NCBI GenBank assembly: GCA_964247055.1
Contig: OZ176060.1
Coordinates: 868,001 to 932,000, forward strand
Length of the DNA: 64,000 nucleotides
DNA from: Paragordius varius
Taxonomy: Eukaryota; Animalia; Nematomorpha
Direction: 5' to 3'
Shown here: in pieces, positions 27,935-39,479 of the stretch
How the letters are laid out: each line of letters starts with the position of its first letter
Position numbering within the stretch: the stretch's first letter is position 1
Program-made: the position numbers and the translations under genes
The notes under the pieces: model-generated
Databases searched by the model: none
What the model saw: the letters and a program-made list of their open reading frames with translations, nothing else
Told to the model about the DNA's origin: nothing

Positions 27935-28690
27935 TCAAGAAATTTTTCAATTCCACAAAAAACAGAAAATCATATAAAAGTTTCAAGAAATTTAATTCCA
28001 CAAAAAAACATAAAATTATTTAAAAGTTTCCAAGAAATTTTTTAATTTCACAAAAAAACATAAAATTATTTAAAAGTTTCCAAGAAATTTTTTAATTCCA
28101 CAAAAAAACAGAAAATTATTTAAAAGTTTGCAAGAAATTTTTAAATTCCACAAAAAAAAATTCGTAAATTTTGACTAGAAATAAATTTTTGTCCATATAA
28201 TTTTTTAAACTTATGGAGCATATATTATGTATAAAACGTAATATATTTTTAAGGTAATAATATACATAAAATTATTTAAATATTTATACATAAAATTATT
28301 TAAATATTTATACATAAAATTATTTAAAAGTTTATCAAAAAATTTTTAATTCCACAAAAAAACAGAAAATTCGTAAATTTTATGACTAAAAATAAATTTT
28401 TGTCCATATGATTTTAAACTTGATCTAACCCGATAAAACTTTTTTATATATTATTATATATGAAAACTAATATATTTTTAAGGTAAAAATATACATAAAA
28501 TTAGTTAAAAGTTTGTTTTTACGAAAAAAAAGAAATTCGTAAATTTTATGACATTGTCGAAATATGTTATTAAAAAAGTATTATTAAAAAATTATTATTA
28601 AAAAATTATTATTAAAAAATTATTATAAAAAATTATTATAAAAAATTATTATAAAAAAATTAAATATTATTATTATAAGAATTTCTAAAA
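27935..28690 (+). repeat. Local minisatellite cluster (family I)
   Basis: ~50-bp unit AATTCCACAAAAAAACA(T/G)AAAATTATTTAAAAGTTTCCAAGAAATTTTT x5 (27935-28160); ~27-bp TATACATAAAATTATTTAAATATTTA x3 (~28260-28330); ~13-bp ATTAT(T)AAAAAATT run (~28566-28660). Confidence 0.8.
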
Positions 28691-28699
28691 AAAATTTTT

Positions 28700-29460
28700 T
28701 AAAGCGGCGTGTTTTTAATACAATGTTTTCTTTATAGCTTTTTTAAAAAATTAAATGAATTTTTGATATAAAAACTATAAAAATTATACGTTTTTAAAAA
28801 ATTTTAAGAAAATATTTTTGATTATAATTGTTGGAATTTAAAATAAAAAATATAAAATATTAAAAATTTGAAAAATATACGTTTTTCGAAATGTTTTAAG
28901 AAAATCATGATTATAAATGTTGGTATTTTAAAAAAAGATTTAAAATATAAAACATCATTTAAAGTTATACGTTTTTTAAAATGTTTTAAGAAAATCTTGA
29001 TTAAAATTGTTGGAATTTTAAAAAAAATTTAAAACATAAAATTCAAAATGTTTAAGAATATCTTGATTATAATTGTTGGAATTTTTAAAAAAAAAGGTTT
29101 AAAATATAAAATTCAAAATGTTTTAAGAAAATCTTGATTATAATTGTTGAAATTTTAAAAAAAGATTTAAAAATATAAAACTAGAAAAATTATACGTTTT
29201 TAAAATGTTTTAAGAAAATCTTGATTATAATTGTTGGAAAATTTAAAAAATAATCTATAAAAAATAAAATATCCCTTTAAAGTTTAGTTTAAGAAGCTTG
29301 TTGTGATTTGATTTGATCTTTGAAAACTTTTTTTCAAGAACTCAAAACTAAAAATTTTTTTAAAATTTAAAAGAAAAATACAAAATACTTATAAACTTTT
29401 TTTAAAAGCTTTTTCGCTTCTTTAAGAGAACACTAATGAAAGAAAATGAAAATTCTAAAA
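28700..29460 (+). repeat. Family H block 1 (70-90-bp units), leading into family A
   Basis: About six TTTTAAGAAAATCTTGATTATAATTGTTGGAATTTT units, then AAGTTTAGTTTAAGAAGCTTGTT...GCTTTTTCGCTTCTTTAAGAGAA. Homologous to 43530-44100. Confidence 0.82.
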
Positions 29461-31170
29461 AATTAAATCATTTCCTGTTAAATAAATAATTTTTTTTTTA
29501 AAAAACGTTTCGATTGATTGGGAAAAAAAATTTTTTTTACTCGAAAATTCCAAATAATAGCTAATATGAAATTTTATAAACTTTCAAAAATAAATTCCAT
29601 CTTAAATTTAAAAAAAGAATTATCTAAAACAAAGAAATACTCCAGAAACTAAAATCATTTCTTGTTAAATTAATAATTTTTTCAAAATTTTTAAATTATT
29701 CTTTAAAATAGTTAATAAAAAGTTTTTTATGACTGGAAAAATTACCAAATAATAGATATTTTACAAAATTTCAAAAATAAATTTATTCCATTTTTAAGAA
29801 GAATTATTTATAAAAACTCAAAAATAAAAATTATTTCTTGTTAAATTCTTGTTAAATGAATAAATTTTTTAAAAATGCTCTTTTAAATGCAAAATGTTTC
29901 GATTTATTAATAAAAAAGTTTTTTTGATTGGAAAATTACCAAATAATAGCTAATATGAAATTTTACAAAATTTCAAAAATATTTATTCCATCTTTTAAAT
30001 TTAAAAGAAGAATTATTTAAAACAAAGAGATTTTAAAAATTAAAATTCTTTCTTGTTAAATGAATAAAATTTCTTTTAAAATAAATGTAAAAAGTTTTAA
30101 TTTTTAATAAAAAATTTTTTTTGAGTTAAAAATTACCAAATTATATAAAATTTTAAACGAAAAATTATATAAAACAAAGAATTTTTAAAAATTAAAATCA
30201 TTTCTTGTTAAATTAATAAATTTTTTTTTAAAAAAAAATTTTTTTATCTTAAAAAAATGCAATTTTTAATAAAAAGGTTTTTTTTGATAGGAAAATTACT
30301 AAATAATAGATATTTTACAAAATTTCAAAAATATTTATTCCATCTTTAAAAAGAATTATTTATAAAACTCGAAAATAAAAAGGTTTTTTTGATTGAATTA
30401 CCAAATAGATATGAAATCTCACAAATTTTCAAATATAAATTCCATCTTTTAATAAATCTAAGAATTATTTATAAAACTCAAAAATAAAATCAATTTTTTT
30501 TGAATGAATAATTTTTTCCTTAAATTTTTTTTTAAAAAAATCCAAAAATAATCTTTATAATAGTTAATAAAAAGGTTTTTTTGATTGATGAAAATTACCA
30601 AATAATAGCTAATATGAAATCTTATAAACTTAATAAATTCCATCTTTTAAATTTAAAAGAAGAATTATCTAAAATAAAGAAATATTCTAGAAAATTTAAA
30701 TCAATTTTTATTTAATGATCAATAAATTTTTTTAATAAAAATGCTTTTTTCAAAAATGTAATGTTTAATAAAAAGGTTTTTTTGACTGAAAAATTATTAA
30801 TTAATAGATATTTAACAAAATTTCAAAAATTTTCTAAAAATATTTTAAATTTAGAAGTATCTATAATATAAACTCTAGAAAATTAAATTATTTTTTGTTG
30901 AAAGAATAATTTTTTTTTAAAAAACATTTATTTCATCTTTTAAATCTAAGAAGAATTAATAAAATAAAAAGGTCTCGAAAACTAAAATAAATCTATTTTT
31001 GTTAAATGAATAAATTTTTTTAAAAAATGCTTTTTTAAATGCAAAAGATTTAATTTTTAAATAAGAGGATTTTTTTGACGGAAAATTACCAAATAATAGT
31101 TAATATGAAATTTCATTTTGAAAAATATTTATTCCTTCTTTTAAATCTAAGAAGAATTATCTAAAATAAA
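29461..31170 (+). repeat. Satellite family A, block 5
   Basis: A modules. Confidence 0.92.
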
Positions 31171-33202
31171 TCATAATCACTTGATTTTATACATTCATTC
31201 ATTGATCACCTGATTTTTTACATGTATTATTTAGGAATTTGCCTGCAATGGAATGATTGAAAAAACAACCCCTTAATTTTTGAATAAAATTTTAAATGAA
31301 ATATATTTTTAAAAGACATATTTGTGGTAATTTTTTCATTATAAAATTCATTCATTGATCACCTGATTTTTTCTAGGAATTTGCCTGTAATGGAACTGTG
31401 AATAAACATTCCTTAGTGTTTCAATAAAATTTTAAATAAAATATAATTTTTAAGGACTTATTTTTGATATTTTTTACCTTTGTTTCATTCATTCATTGAT
31501 CACCTGATTTTTGTTGAAATATCTAGGAATTTGCCTGTAATGGTGATTGAACACCCCTTAGTTTTGGAATAAAATTTTAAAAATATGTTAAGACATATTT
31601 GTGGTAATCTTTTTATCATTCATTCATTGATCACCTGATTTTTTTAGGAATTTGCCTGTAATGGAACTGTGATTGAAATCATTACTAAATTATATAAATT
31701 AAAGATTGTCGCATTTATATTGGCTCTAAAAAAATAGTTTTAGGAAAATTCTAATTTTGGGTTTTTTTCACGATCACATGATTTTATACATTCATTCATT
31801 AATCACCTGATTTTTTAGGAATTTGCCTGTAATGGAACTGTGATTGAACACCCCGAATTCGGGGAAGTCCTTCAACTCCAAGGCGATCAACGAAAGAATG
31901 TCAGCGGTTTCTTGGTTAAATCGGGAATAGCTAAACAGGAAGCACTTAAAATACACGGGTTTTAGCACACATTCATTAATCACCTGATTACCAACAGCTG
32001 TTTTATACACCTCTTTTTTTCAGCAAAACTTTTGTAAACTTGCTTCTTTTTTGGGATTAATCGGGAAATGCTAAGCCAGAAGTACTTAAAATACATGAAG
32101 TACACATTCATTAATCACCTGATTACCAACAGCTGTTCTTACACGTATTTATGTTCAACTATAGTTTTGTAAAACTCCCTTTCGGGATTAATCGGGAATA
32201 GCTAAGCAAGAAGTACTTGAAATATTCGTTTTTAGTTAATGTTCATTCATTCACACACTCAAGATCACCTGATTTTACTTTTTTGCAATTATTTAAAATT
32301 TCGCATAAACTTTTAAAGCTATAATATACATAAGTTTAAATGCAGATATTTACAAACTTAGGATCACCTGATTATTAATAGCAGCAGCTGTTTTTAACTA
32401 AAATCCAAAATTTATACCTACATAAATTCAAATTTTAAACACAAATCTCCGTTAAATCAAATTGCTATCTACGCATTCATTCACTGAATAACTCAAGATC
32501 ACCTGATTCTTTTTTCAATACTTTGTGTTTAAATTTTATCCTCTTTGGATCAAATATTTATTTTCGTTAACCACTAATCTATTATATAAGTTTTTGCGCA
32601 CTACATTCAATCTCACAATCATAAAATCACCTGGTTTTATAAAACTTAGTTTTAAAACATTAATTAAGATTGCGCACATTCATTCATTAAACACCTGTTT
32701 TACCTTTCCCTCATATAATAACCATGTTAGCGCTTATTTATTCAGTCGAATTATAAAACATATAATTAATGATAACTTTAATACATTCATTCATTAAACA
32801 CCTGTTTTACTAATTTATATGATAACCATGTTAACGCTCATTCATTCAGTCAGATGATAAAACATATGATTAATGATAACTTTTATAAATTCATTCATAA
32901 AACACCTGTTTTACCTTTACCTTATATAAAAACCATGTTAGCGCTCATTCATTCAGTCAGATGATAAAATATATGATTAATGATAACCTTATATATGATA
33001 TACTAATCTGGGCCCGCACTAATTCACGATAATAACTTGATAAAATCTTAGGTTAATTTCTAAAAAAAATATAATTTTTATATTATTTTTTTATTTTTAT
33101 ATTTTCTTTTAATATTTATATATTATATTTTACCTTAATGTTAAATTTTTTGGTTAATTACTTAAATTTGGTGTTTATCGCACATTCATTGATCAGCTGT
33201 TT
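31171..33202 (+). repeat. Family D block 2: eIF1-exon-derived tandem array
   Basis: Four partial copies of acceptor plus exon start (AG|GAATTTGCCTGYAATGG at 31235, 31377, 31527, 31648), the full exon at 31819, two copies of the exon 3' half (~32053, ~32184), then increasingly diverged CATTCATT...TCACCTG...CAGCTGTT derivatives. Confidence 0.88.
31819..31965 (+). pseudogene. EIF1: Isolated terminal coding exon of translation initiation factor eIF1 (SUI1), open and intact, 48 aa plus stop
   Basis: TTTTTTAG| acceptor (AG at 31817-18), then EFACNGTVIEHPEFGEVLQLQGDQRKNVSGFLVKSGIAKQEALKIHGF-TAG. Colinear with the animal eIF1 C-terminus (human KFACNGTVIEHPEYGEVIQLQGDQRKNICQFLVEIGLAKDDQLKVHGF*). I saw no upstream eIF1 exons in the window. 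Missed by the ORF track (no ATG, <60 aa). Confidence 0.95.
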
Positions 33203-33276
33203 AAAAATTATATTTTTTCATTCATTGTCTTTTTAAAAATTACAAAAAATTAACTTTTACACCTTTTACGAAACAA

Positions 33277-33395
33277 CAGTAGCGTATGGCAAAAAACAAA
33301 AAATGGTTTAAATTAAACAATATATTCCCAATGTTTTACCATACATATTTGTTTTTTAATTGTAGACAAAGTTTTTTTATACTTATACGCCACTG
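33277..33395. mobile_element. Small foldback/MITE-like element, 119 bp
   Basis: Termini CAGTAGCGTAT / ATACGCCACTG (10/11 inverted match), plus inner inverted AAAAAACAAAAAATGGT / ACCATACATATTTGTTTTTT. No clear TSD. Confidence 0.5.
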
Positions 33396-33559
33396 TAAAT
33401 TTTTTTGAATAATTAATAACTAACTTTTGCCATTAAAGTACACACATATATATATTTTTTAATGCTATATTGTACTTTTATTGATTTTTTTCTTTTATAA
33501 ATACTATTTTGTATCTTAATTGACTCACTCGCATTATTATTTCTTATATGTAAATGGAA

Positions 33560-34890
33560 TTTTAATTTTTATAAAATATATAAATATATTATAAGTTTTA
33601 AAAATTAATTTTAATGATTTTATATATATGAGTGAACATATGATTATGTGTATGTATGTATGCCATTAATAAATAATATTTATTAATTTATTTGCTCTAA
33701 TAATTTTTAGTAAAAAAAATTAAAATTATTATTTTGAAATTTTATTTAATTTTTATTCAGAAAATATATATTTTTTTATATAATTAATTTTAAAATAAAT
33801 AATTTTATATAAAAATAAATTTTTATTAATTTTTATATAAAAAATTAAAATTTTTATTTAATTTTAAATAATTTTTATTATATAGAAGAAATATATATTT
33901 ATATAATTTTGTTTAAAAATAAATAATTTTATGTAAAAATATATTTCTTATATAATTTTTATTAAAAAAACTTAAAATTTTTTTTTTAAAAATTTTAAAT
34001 TTTATTATCCAGAAAATATATATATTTATATAATTTTGTTTTAAAAATAAATAATTTTATATAAATATATATTTCTTATAGAATTTTATGAAAATTATTT
34101 ATATGAAATTTTTAAATTTTAATATCCAGAAAATAAATATATTTATTTTATAATTATATAATTTTGTTTAAAATAAATAATTTTTATTAATTTATTTGCT
34201 CTAATAATTTTTATTAAAAAAAAAATAAAAAATATTATTTTGAAATTTTTATATAAATATATTTCTCTAGAATAATAAATTTCTATTTATATGATTTTGT
34301 TTTAAAAATAAATAATTTTATGTAAAAATATATTTCTTATATTATTTTTAAAAAAAATTAAATTTTTTATTTAATTTGATATTTTTAAATAATTATTAAT
34401 CTAGAATATAAATATATTTTATAATTAATTTTAAAACAATTTTATGTAAAAAATATATTTCTTATATTATTTTTATTAAAAAATATAAAATTATTATTTT
34501 GAAATTTTTATATAATTTTTATTATCCAGAACATATATATTTTATAATTTTGTTATAAAAATAAATAATTTTATGTAAAAATATATTTCTTATAGAATTT
34601 TTATTAAATAAATTAAAATTATTATTATTTTTATTATCCAGAAAATATATATATTTATATTAATATAATTTTGTTTTAAAAATAAATATTATATAAAAAT
34701 ATATTTCTCATAGAATTTTAATAAAAAAATTAATATTATTATTTTGAAATTTTTAAATAATTTTTATTATCTAGAAAAAATATATTTATTTTATAATTAA
34801 TTTTATAATCAATTTTTTAACATTGAAATGCTTATAATATTAAATAAATTTATTTTAAAAAATAATTTAATTTATAAAAATAAAGGTTAG
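33560..34890 (+). repeat. Family E, very AT-rich ~120-135-bp degenerate repeats
   Basis: Recurring TTATTATCCAGAAAATATATAT and ATAATTTTGTTTTAAAAATAAATAATTTTATGTAAAAATATATTTCTTAT. Confidence 0.75.
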
Positions 34891-35760
34891 TAAAAAATAT
34901 TTTTTTTAATTTTAATTTTAATTTTTTTTATTTAAAATGTGAATAATTTGAATAAATAAGAATTTTATATTTTTAATTTTATAGATATATTTTATAACAA
35001 CAAATAATTTATATTATAATAAATATTTATTTTTTTAATTTTAATTTTTTTATTTAAAATGTGAATAATTTGAATAAATAAGAATTTTATATTTAATTTT
35101 TTAGATATTTATTATAACAACAAATAATTTATGTTATAAAAAATATTTATTTTTTTTTCAATTTTAATTTTTTTATTTAAAATGTGAATAATTTTAATAA
35201 TAATAAGAATTTAATATTTAATTTTATAGAAATATTTTATAACAAACAAATAATTTATGTTATAAAAAATATTTTTTTTTAATTTTAATTTTTTTTTATT
35301 TAAAATGTGAATAATTTGAATAAAAAAGAATTTTATATTTAATTTTTTAGATATATTATAACAACAAATAATTTATGTTATAAAAAATATTTTTTTTTTA
35401 ATTTTAATTTAAATTTATTTAAAATTTGAATAATTTAAATAATAATAAGAATTTTATATTTAATTTTTTTGAAATATAATATTATAAAAACAAATTTTAT
35501 GTTATAAAAATATTTATTTTTTTTAATTTTAATTTTAATTTTTTTAAAATTTGAATAATTTGAATAAATAAGAATTTTATATTTAATTTTATAGAAATAT
35601 TTTATAACAACAAATAATTTATGTTATAAATATTTATTTTTTTTCAATTTTAATTTTTTTTTTATTTAAAATGTGAATAATTTGAATAATAATAAGAATT
35701 TTATATTTAATTTTATAGAAATATAAACAACAAATAATTTATGTTATAAAAAATATTTTT
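34890..35760 (+). repeat. Family F, ~122-bp tandem repeat x7
   Basis: AAAATGTGAATAATTTGAATAAATAAGAATTTTATATTTAATTTTATAGA...ATAACAACAAATAATTTATGTTATAAAAA. Confidence 0.9.
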
Positions 35761-36580
35761 ATCTTTAAGAAAAATTATTTAAAAACTCGAAAATAAATAA
35801 ATTATTTTAAGTAAAATAGAAAATTACTAAATAATAGCTAATATGAAATCTCATAAATTTCAAAAATATTCCATCTTTTAAATTTAAAAGAAGAATTATT
35901 TAAAACAAAGAAATACTCTAGAAAATTTAAACATTTCTTGTTTAATGAATAAATTTTTTTTTAAATTTAAAAGAAGAATTATTTTTAAAACTCAAAAATA
36001 AAAAGTTTTTTTGACTGAAAAATTACTAAATAATAGATATTTTACTAATTTTCAAAAATATAAATTTCATCTTTAAGAAGAATTATTTATAAAAAAAGAA
36101 TTATTTAAAAAAACTCGAAAACTAAAATCAATTCTTGTTGAAACAATAAATTTTTCTTTTAAAAATGCTTTTTTAAATGGAAAACGTTTTAATTCTTAAT
36201 TAAAAAGGATTTTTTTGTCTAGAAAATTACCAAATAATAGATATTTAACAAAATTTCAAAAATATTAAATTTTTCTTTTAAAATAATTCCATCTTTTAAA
36301 TTTAAAAGAAGAATTATCTAAAACAAAAAGAGTTCTCGAAAACTAAAATCATTTCTTGTTAAATCAATAAATTTTTTTTTAAAAAATAAATTAATTTTTC
36401 TTTTAAAAATTTAAAAAATTCAAAACGTTTTGATTGATTGGGAAAAAGGTTTTTTTTGATTGATAAAAATTACCAAATAATAGCTAATATGAAATTCTCA
36501 TAATTTTAAAAATAAATTCCATTTATTAAATCTAAAAGAAGAATTATTTATAAAACTCGAAAATAAAAAGGTTTTTAGAT
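35761..36580 (+). repeat. Satellite family A, block 6
   Basis: A modules. Confidence 0.9.
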
Positions 36581-37734
36581 CTAAAATATTCCTGTGGCTT
36601 TTAAATGTAAAACTCGAAAAAATTGAGTAAAAGGAAATAATCTAGAAATTGAAATTGATAATAAATATAATATTTTTCTTTAAAATAAAGACTTTTTTCT
36701 TAAAAATCTCTTTTACTTAAAAGCTTCTTATTATTACAGCGAGTATATACTACATTACTCAAATATTTTAAGAAAAAGAAAGAAAGAAATATGATTTTAA
36801 TCAAAAATATTCATGTGGCTTACTTGTTCGAGTTAGGGCGAAAAATAAAAATTTCAACTAAAAACTCGAAAAAAGTAAGTAAAAGGAAATAATCTAGAAA
36901 TTGAAATTTATAATAAAAATTATATTATTCTTTAATATAAAAACTTTTTTCTTGATAAATCTCTTTTTTAGAAGCTAATCATTATTACAGCGAGTATATA
37001 CTACATTTCTCAAGAATTTTAAGACAAAAATTCGAAAAAAAGTAGTAAAAGGAAAGAATCTAATTAAAATTGATAATAATAATAATAAAAAAATCAATAT
37101 TAAAGCGAGTATATACTACATTAATCAAGTATTTTAAAAGCAAGGTTTTTTTTTAATCTAAAATATTCATCTGGCTTACTTGCTCGAGTCAGAACGAGAA
37201 ATAAAGTTTTTTCTTAATAAAACTCGAAAAAATTAAGTAAAAGCAAAAAATCTAATTGAAATTGTTAATAATAATATTATTATTCTCTAAAACAAAACAC
37301 TTTTTTTCTTGATAAATCTCTTTTTAAAAGCTTATATTATTACAGCGAGTCTAAACCTAACTCAAGTATTTTAAAAACAAAGACTTTTATTCTAATAGAA
37401 ATTTTAAAATTAAAAAGTAAAAGGAAACAATCTAGAAATTGAAATTGATAATAATGATATAATTCTCTAAAACAAAAACTAATTCTTAATAAATCTCTTT
37501 TACTTAAAAGCTTCTTAATATTAAAGCGAGTATATACTACATTACTCAAGTATTTTAAGACAAAAACTCGAAAAAAAGAAGTAAAAGAATAATCTAATTA
37601 AAATTGTTAATTATAATATTATTCTCTGAAATAAACACTTTTTTATTAATAAATCTCTTTTACTTAAAAGCTTAATATTACAGCGAGTATTTACTACATT
37701 ACTCAAGTATTTTAAGAGAAAAAATTAATAAGGT
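36581..37734 (+). repeat. Satellite family B block
   Basis: B modules. Ends abruptly at the eIF1 fragment. Confidence 0.9.
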
Positions 37735-39125
37735 ACCCCGAATTCGGGGAAGTCCTTCAACTCCAAGGCGATCAACGAAAGAATGTCAGCGGTTTTCTGG
37801 TTAAATCGGGAATAGCTAAACAGGAAGCACTTAAAATACACGGCTTTTAGCACACATTCATTAATCACCTCATTTCAAACAGCTGTTATTACCTCTTTTT
37901 TTCAACAAACTCTTGTAAAACTTACTTTTTGGTTAAATCGGGAATAGCTAAACAGGAAGCACTTAAAATACACGGCTTTTAGCACACATTCATTAATCAC
38001 CTGATCACTAACAGCTGTTATTACCTATTTACCAATTCAACTAACTTTTGTAAAACCTACTTTTTGGGATTATTCGGGAATTGCTAAACAGGAAGGACTT
38101 AAAATACACGGGTTTTAGCACACATTCATTAATCACCTGATTTCAAACAGCTGTTATTACCTCTTTTTTTCAACAAACTCTTGTAAAACTTACTTTTTGG
38201 TTAAATCTGGAATAGCTAAACAGGAAGCACTTAAAATACACGGGTTTAAGCACACATACATTAATCACCTGATTATCAACAGCTGTTATTACCTCTTTTT
38301 TTCAACTAAAACTTTTGTAAAACTTACTTTTTGGGATTAATCGGAAATAGATAAACCAGAAATACTTAAAATGCACGAGTTTTAGCACACATTATTTTAT
38401 AAACTCAAGATCATCTGATTTAACTTAATTGCAATTATTTAAAATCCTAAATCTTAAAATACATGGGTGGGTTTAAAATGCACATATTTACAAACTTAAG
38501 ATCACTTGATTATTAATAGCAGCAGCTGTTTTAACTCAATAATCAAATATTCAAAACTCCTTATCTTTCCTACATAAATTCAAATTTTAAACACAATTCT
38601 CCTTTAAACTCAAATTGCTTTTTACGCATTCATTCATTGAATAACTCAAGATCACCTGATTTTTTTATAACCTTTTTCTCTGTTTAAATTTTTATCTTCT
38701 TTGGATAAAATTTTAATTTTCGTTAACCAGTAATCTATTATATAAGTTTTTGCGCACTACATTCAAACTCATAATCATAAAATCACCTGGTTTTATAAAA
38801 CTTTGTTTTTAAACATAAATTATGAAAGCGCACATTCATTCATAAAACACCTGTTTTACCTTTACTTATATAATAACCTCAAGTTTGCGCTCATTCATTC
38901 AGTCAGATGATAAAACAATGATTAATGATAACTTTTAAACATAAGATATACTAATCTAGCACGCATTAATTCACTAACTTGATAAATTGATAAATTAGGT
39001 TAATTTCCAAAAAAAATTTATTATTATTTATTGTTTTTATTATTTTTCATTTTACCTTAATGTTTAAATTTTTTGGTTAATTACTTAAATTTTGTGTTTA
39101 TCGCACATTCATTGATCAGCTGTTT
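37735..39125 (+). repeat. Family D block 3: ~134-bp repeats of the eIF1 exon 3' half plus 3' UTR, then diverged derivatives
   Basis: (GGTTAAA/GGGATTAA)TCGGGAATAGCTAAACAGGAAGCACTTAAAATACACGGSTTTTAGCACACATTCATTAATCACCTGA-type units at ~37931, 38066, 38199, 38333. 38400-39125 is colinear with 32250-33202. Confidence 0.88.
37737..37850 (+). pseudogene. EIF1: 5'-truncated second copy of the eIF1 terminal exon
   Basis: PEFGEVLQLQGDQRKNVSGFLVKSGIAKQEALKIHGF-TAG, the same peptide as 31852-31965. Joined directly to B satellite at ~37735. Confidence 0.93.
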
Positions 39126-39212
39126 AAAAACTATATATTTTTCAATAATTATTGTCTTTTTGAAAAAATTACAAAAAATTAACTTTTATAAAACATATCT
39201 TTTACGAAACAA

Positions 39213-39328
39213 CAGTAGCGTATGGCAAAAAACAAAAAATGGTGTAAATTAAACAATATATTCCCAATGTTTTACCATAATTTGCTTATTTAATTGAGAT
39301 CAAAGTTTTATATACTTATACGCCACTG
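39213..39328. mobile_element. Second copy of the small CAGTRGCGTAT foldback element, 116 bp
   Basis: Same termini as 33277-33395, in the same context. Confidence 0.5.
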
Positions 39329-39479
39329 TATAATAAAATTTTTTTTTGAAATTAAAGTACCCACATATATATTTTTTAATGCTATATTGTACTTTAAATG
39401 ATTTTTTTTTTATAAATACTATTTTGCATCTTAATTGACACACTCGCATTATTATTTCTTATATGTAACTGGAATTCTA

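Noticed and set aside
31851-31864. 14-bp palindrome CCCCGAATTCGGGG as an element terminus or recombination site
   Set aside because: It is explained by the codons for (H)PEFG(E). Its position at the 37735 breakpoint may be incidental or a fragile site, but there is no independent support.
31921-31990. tRNA/SINE-like CGGGAATAGCT..GG.AGCAC resembling a tRNA-Gly 5' end
   Set aside because: No B-box or cloverleaf. The sequence is fully explained as eIF1 codons S-G-I-A-K-Q-E-A.
31792-32010. Minus-strand 72-aa ORF (..QETADILSLIALELKDFPEFG..) that looks protein-like
   Set aside because: It is the antisense shadow of the plus-strand eIF1 exon.
32830-32980. Hammerhead ribozyme in D repeats (CTGA / CAGATGA motifs)
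   Set aside because: No CUGANGA core with GAAA and flanking stems found on either strand by eye.
31171-33202. CRISPR-like appearance (conserved ~25-nt motif with variable spacers)
   Set aside because: The spacers are homologous to each other and to eIF1, lengths are irregular (>100 nt), the context is eukaryotic, and there are no cas genes.
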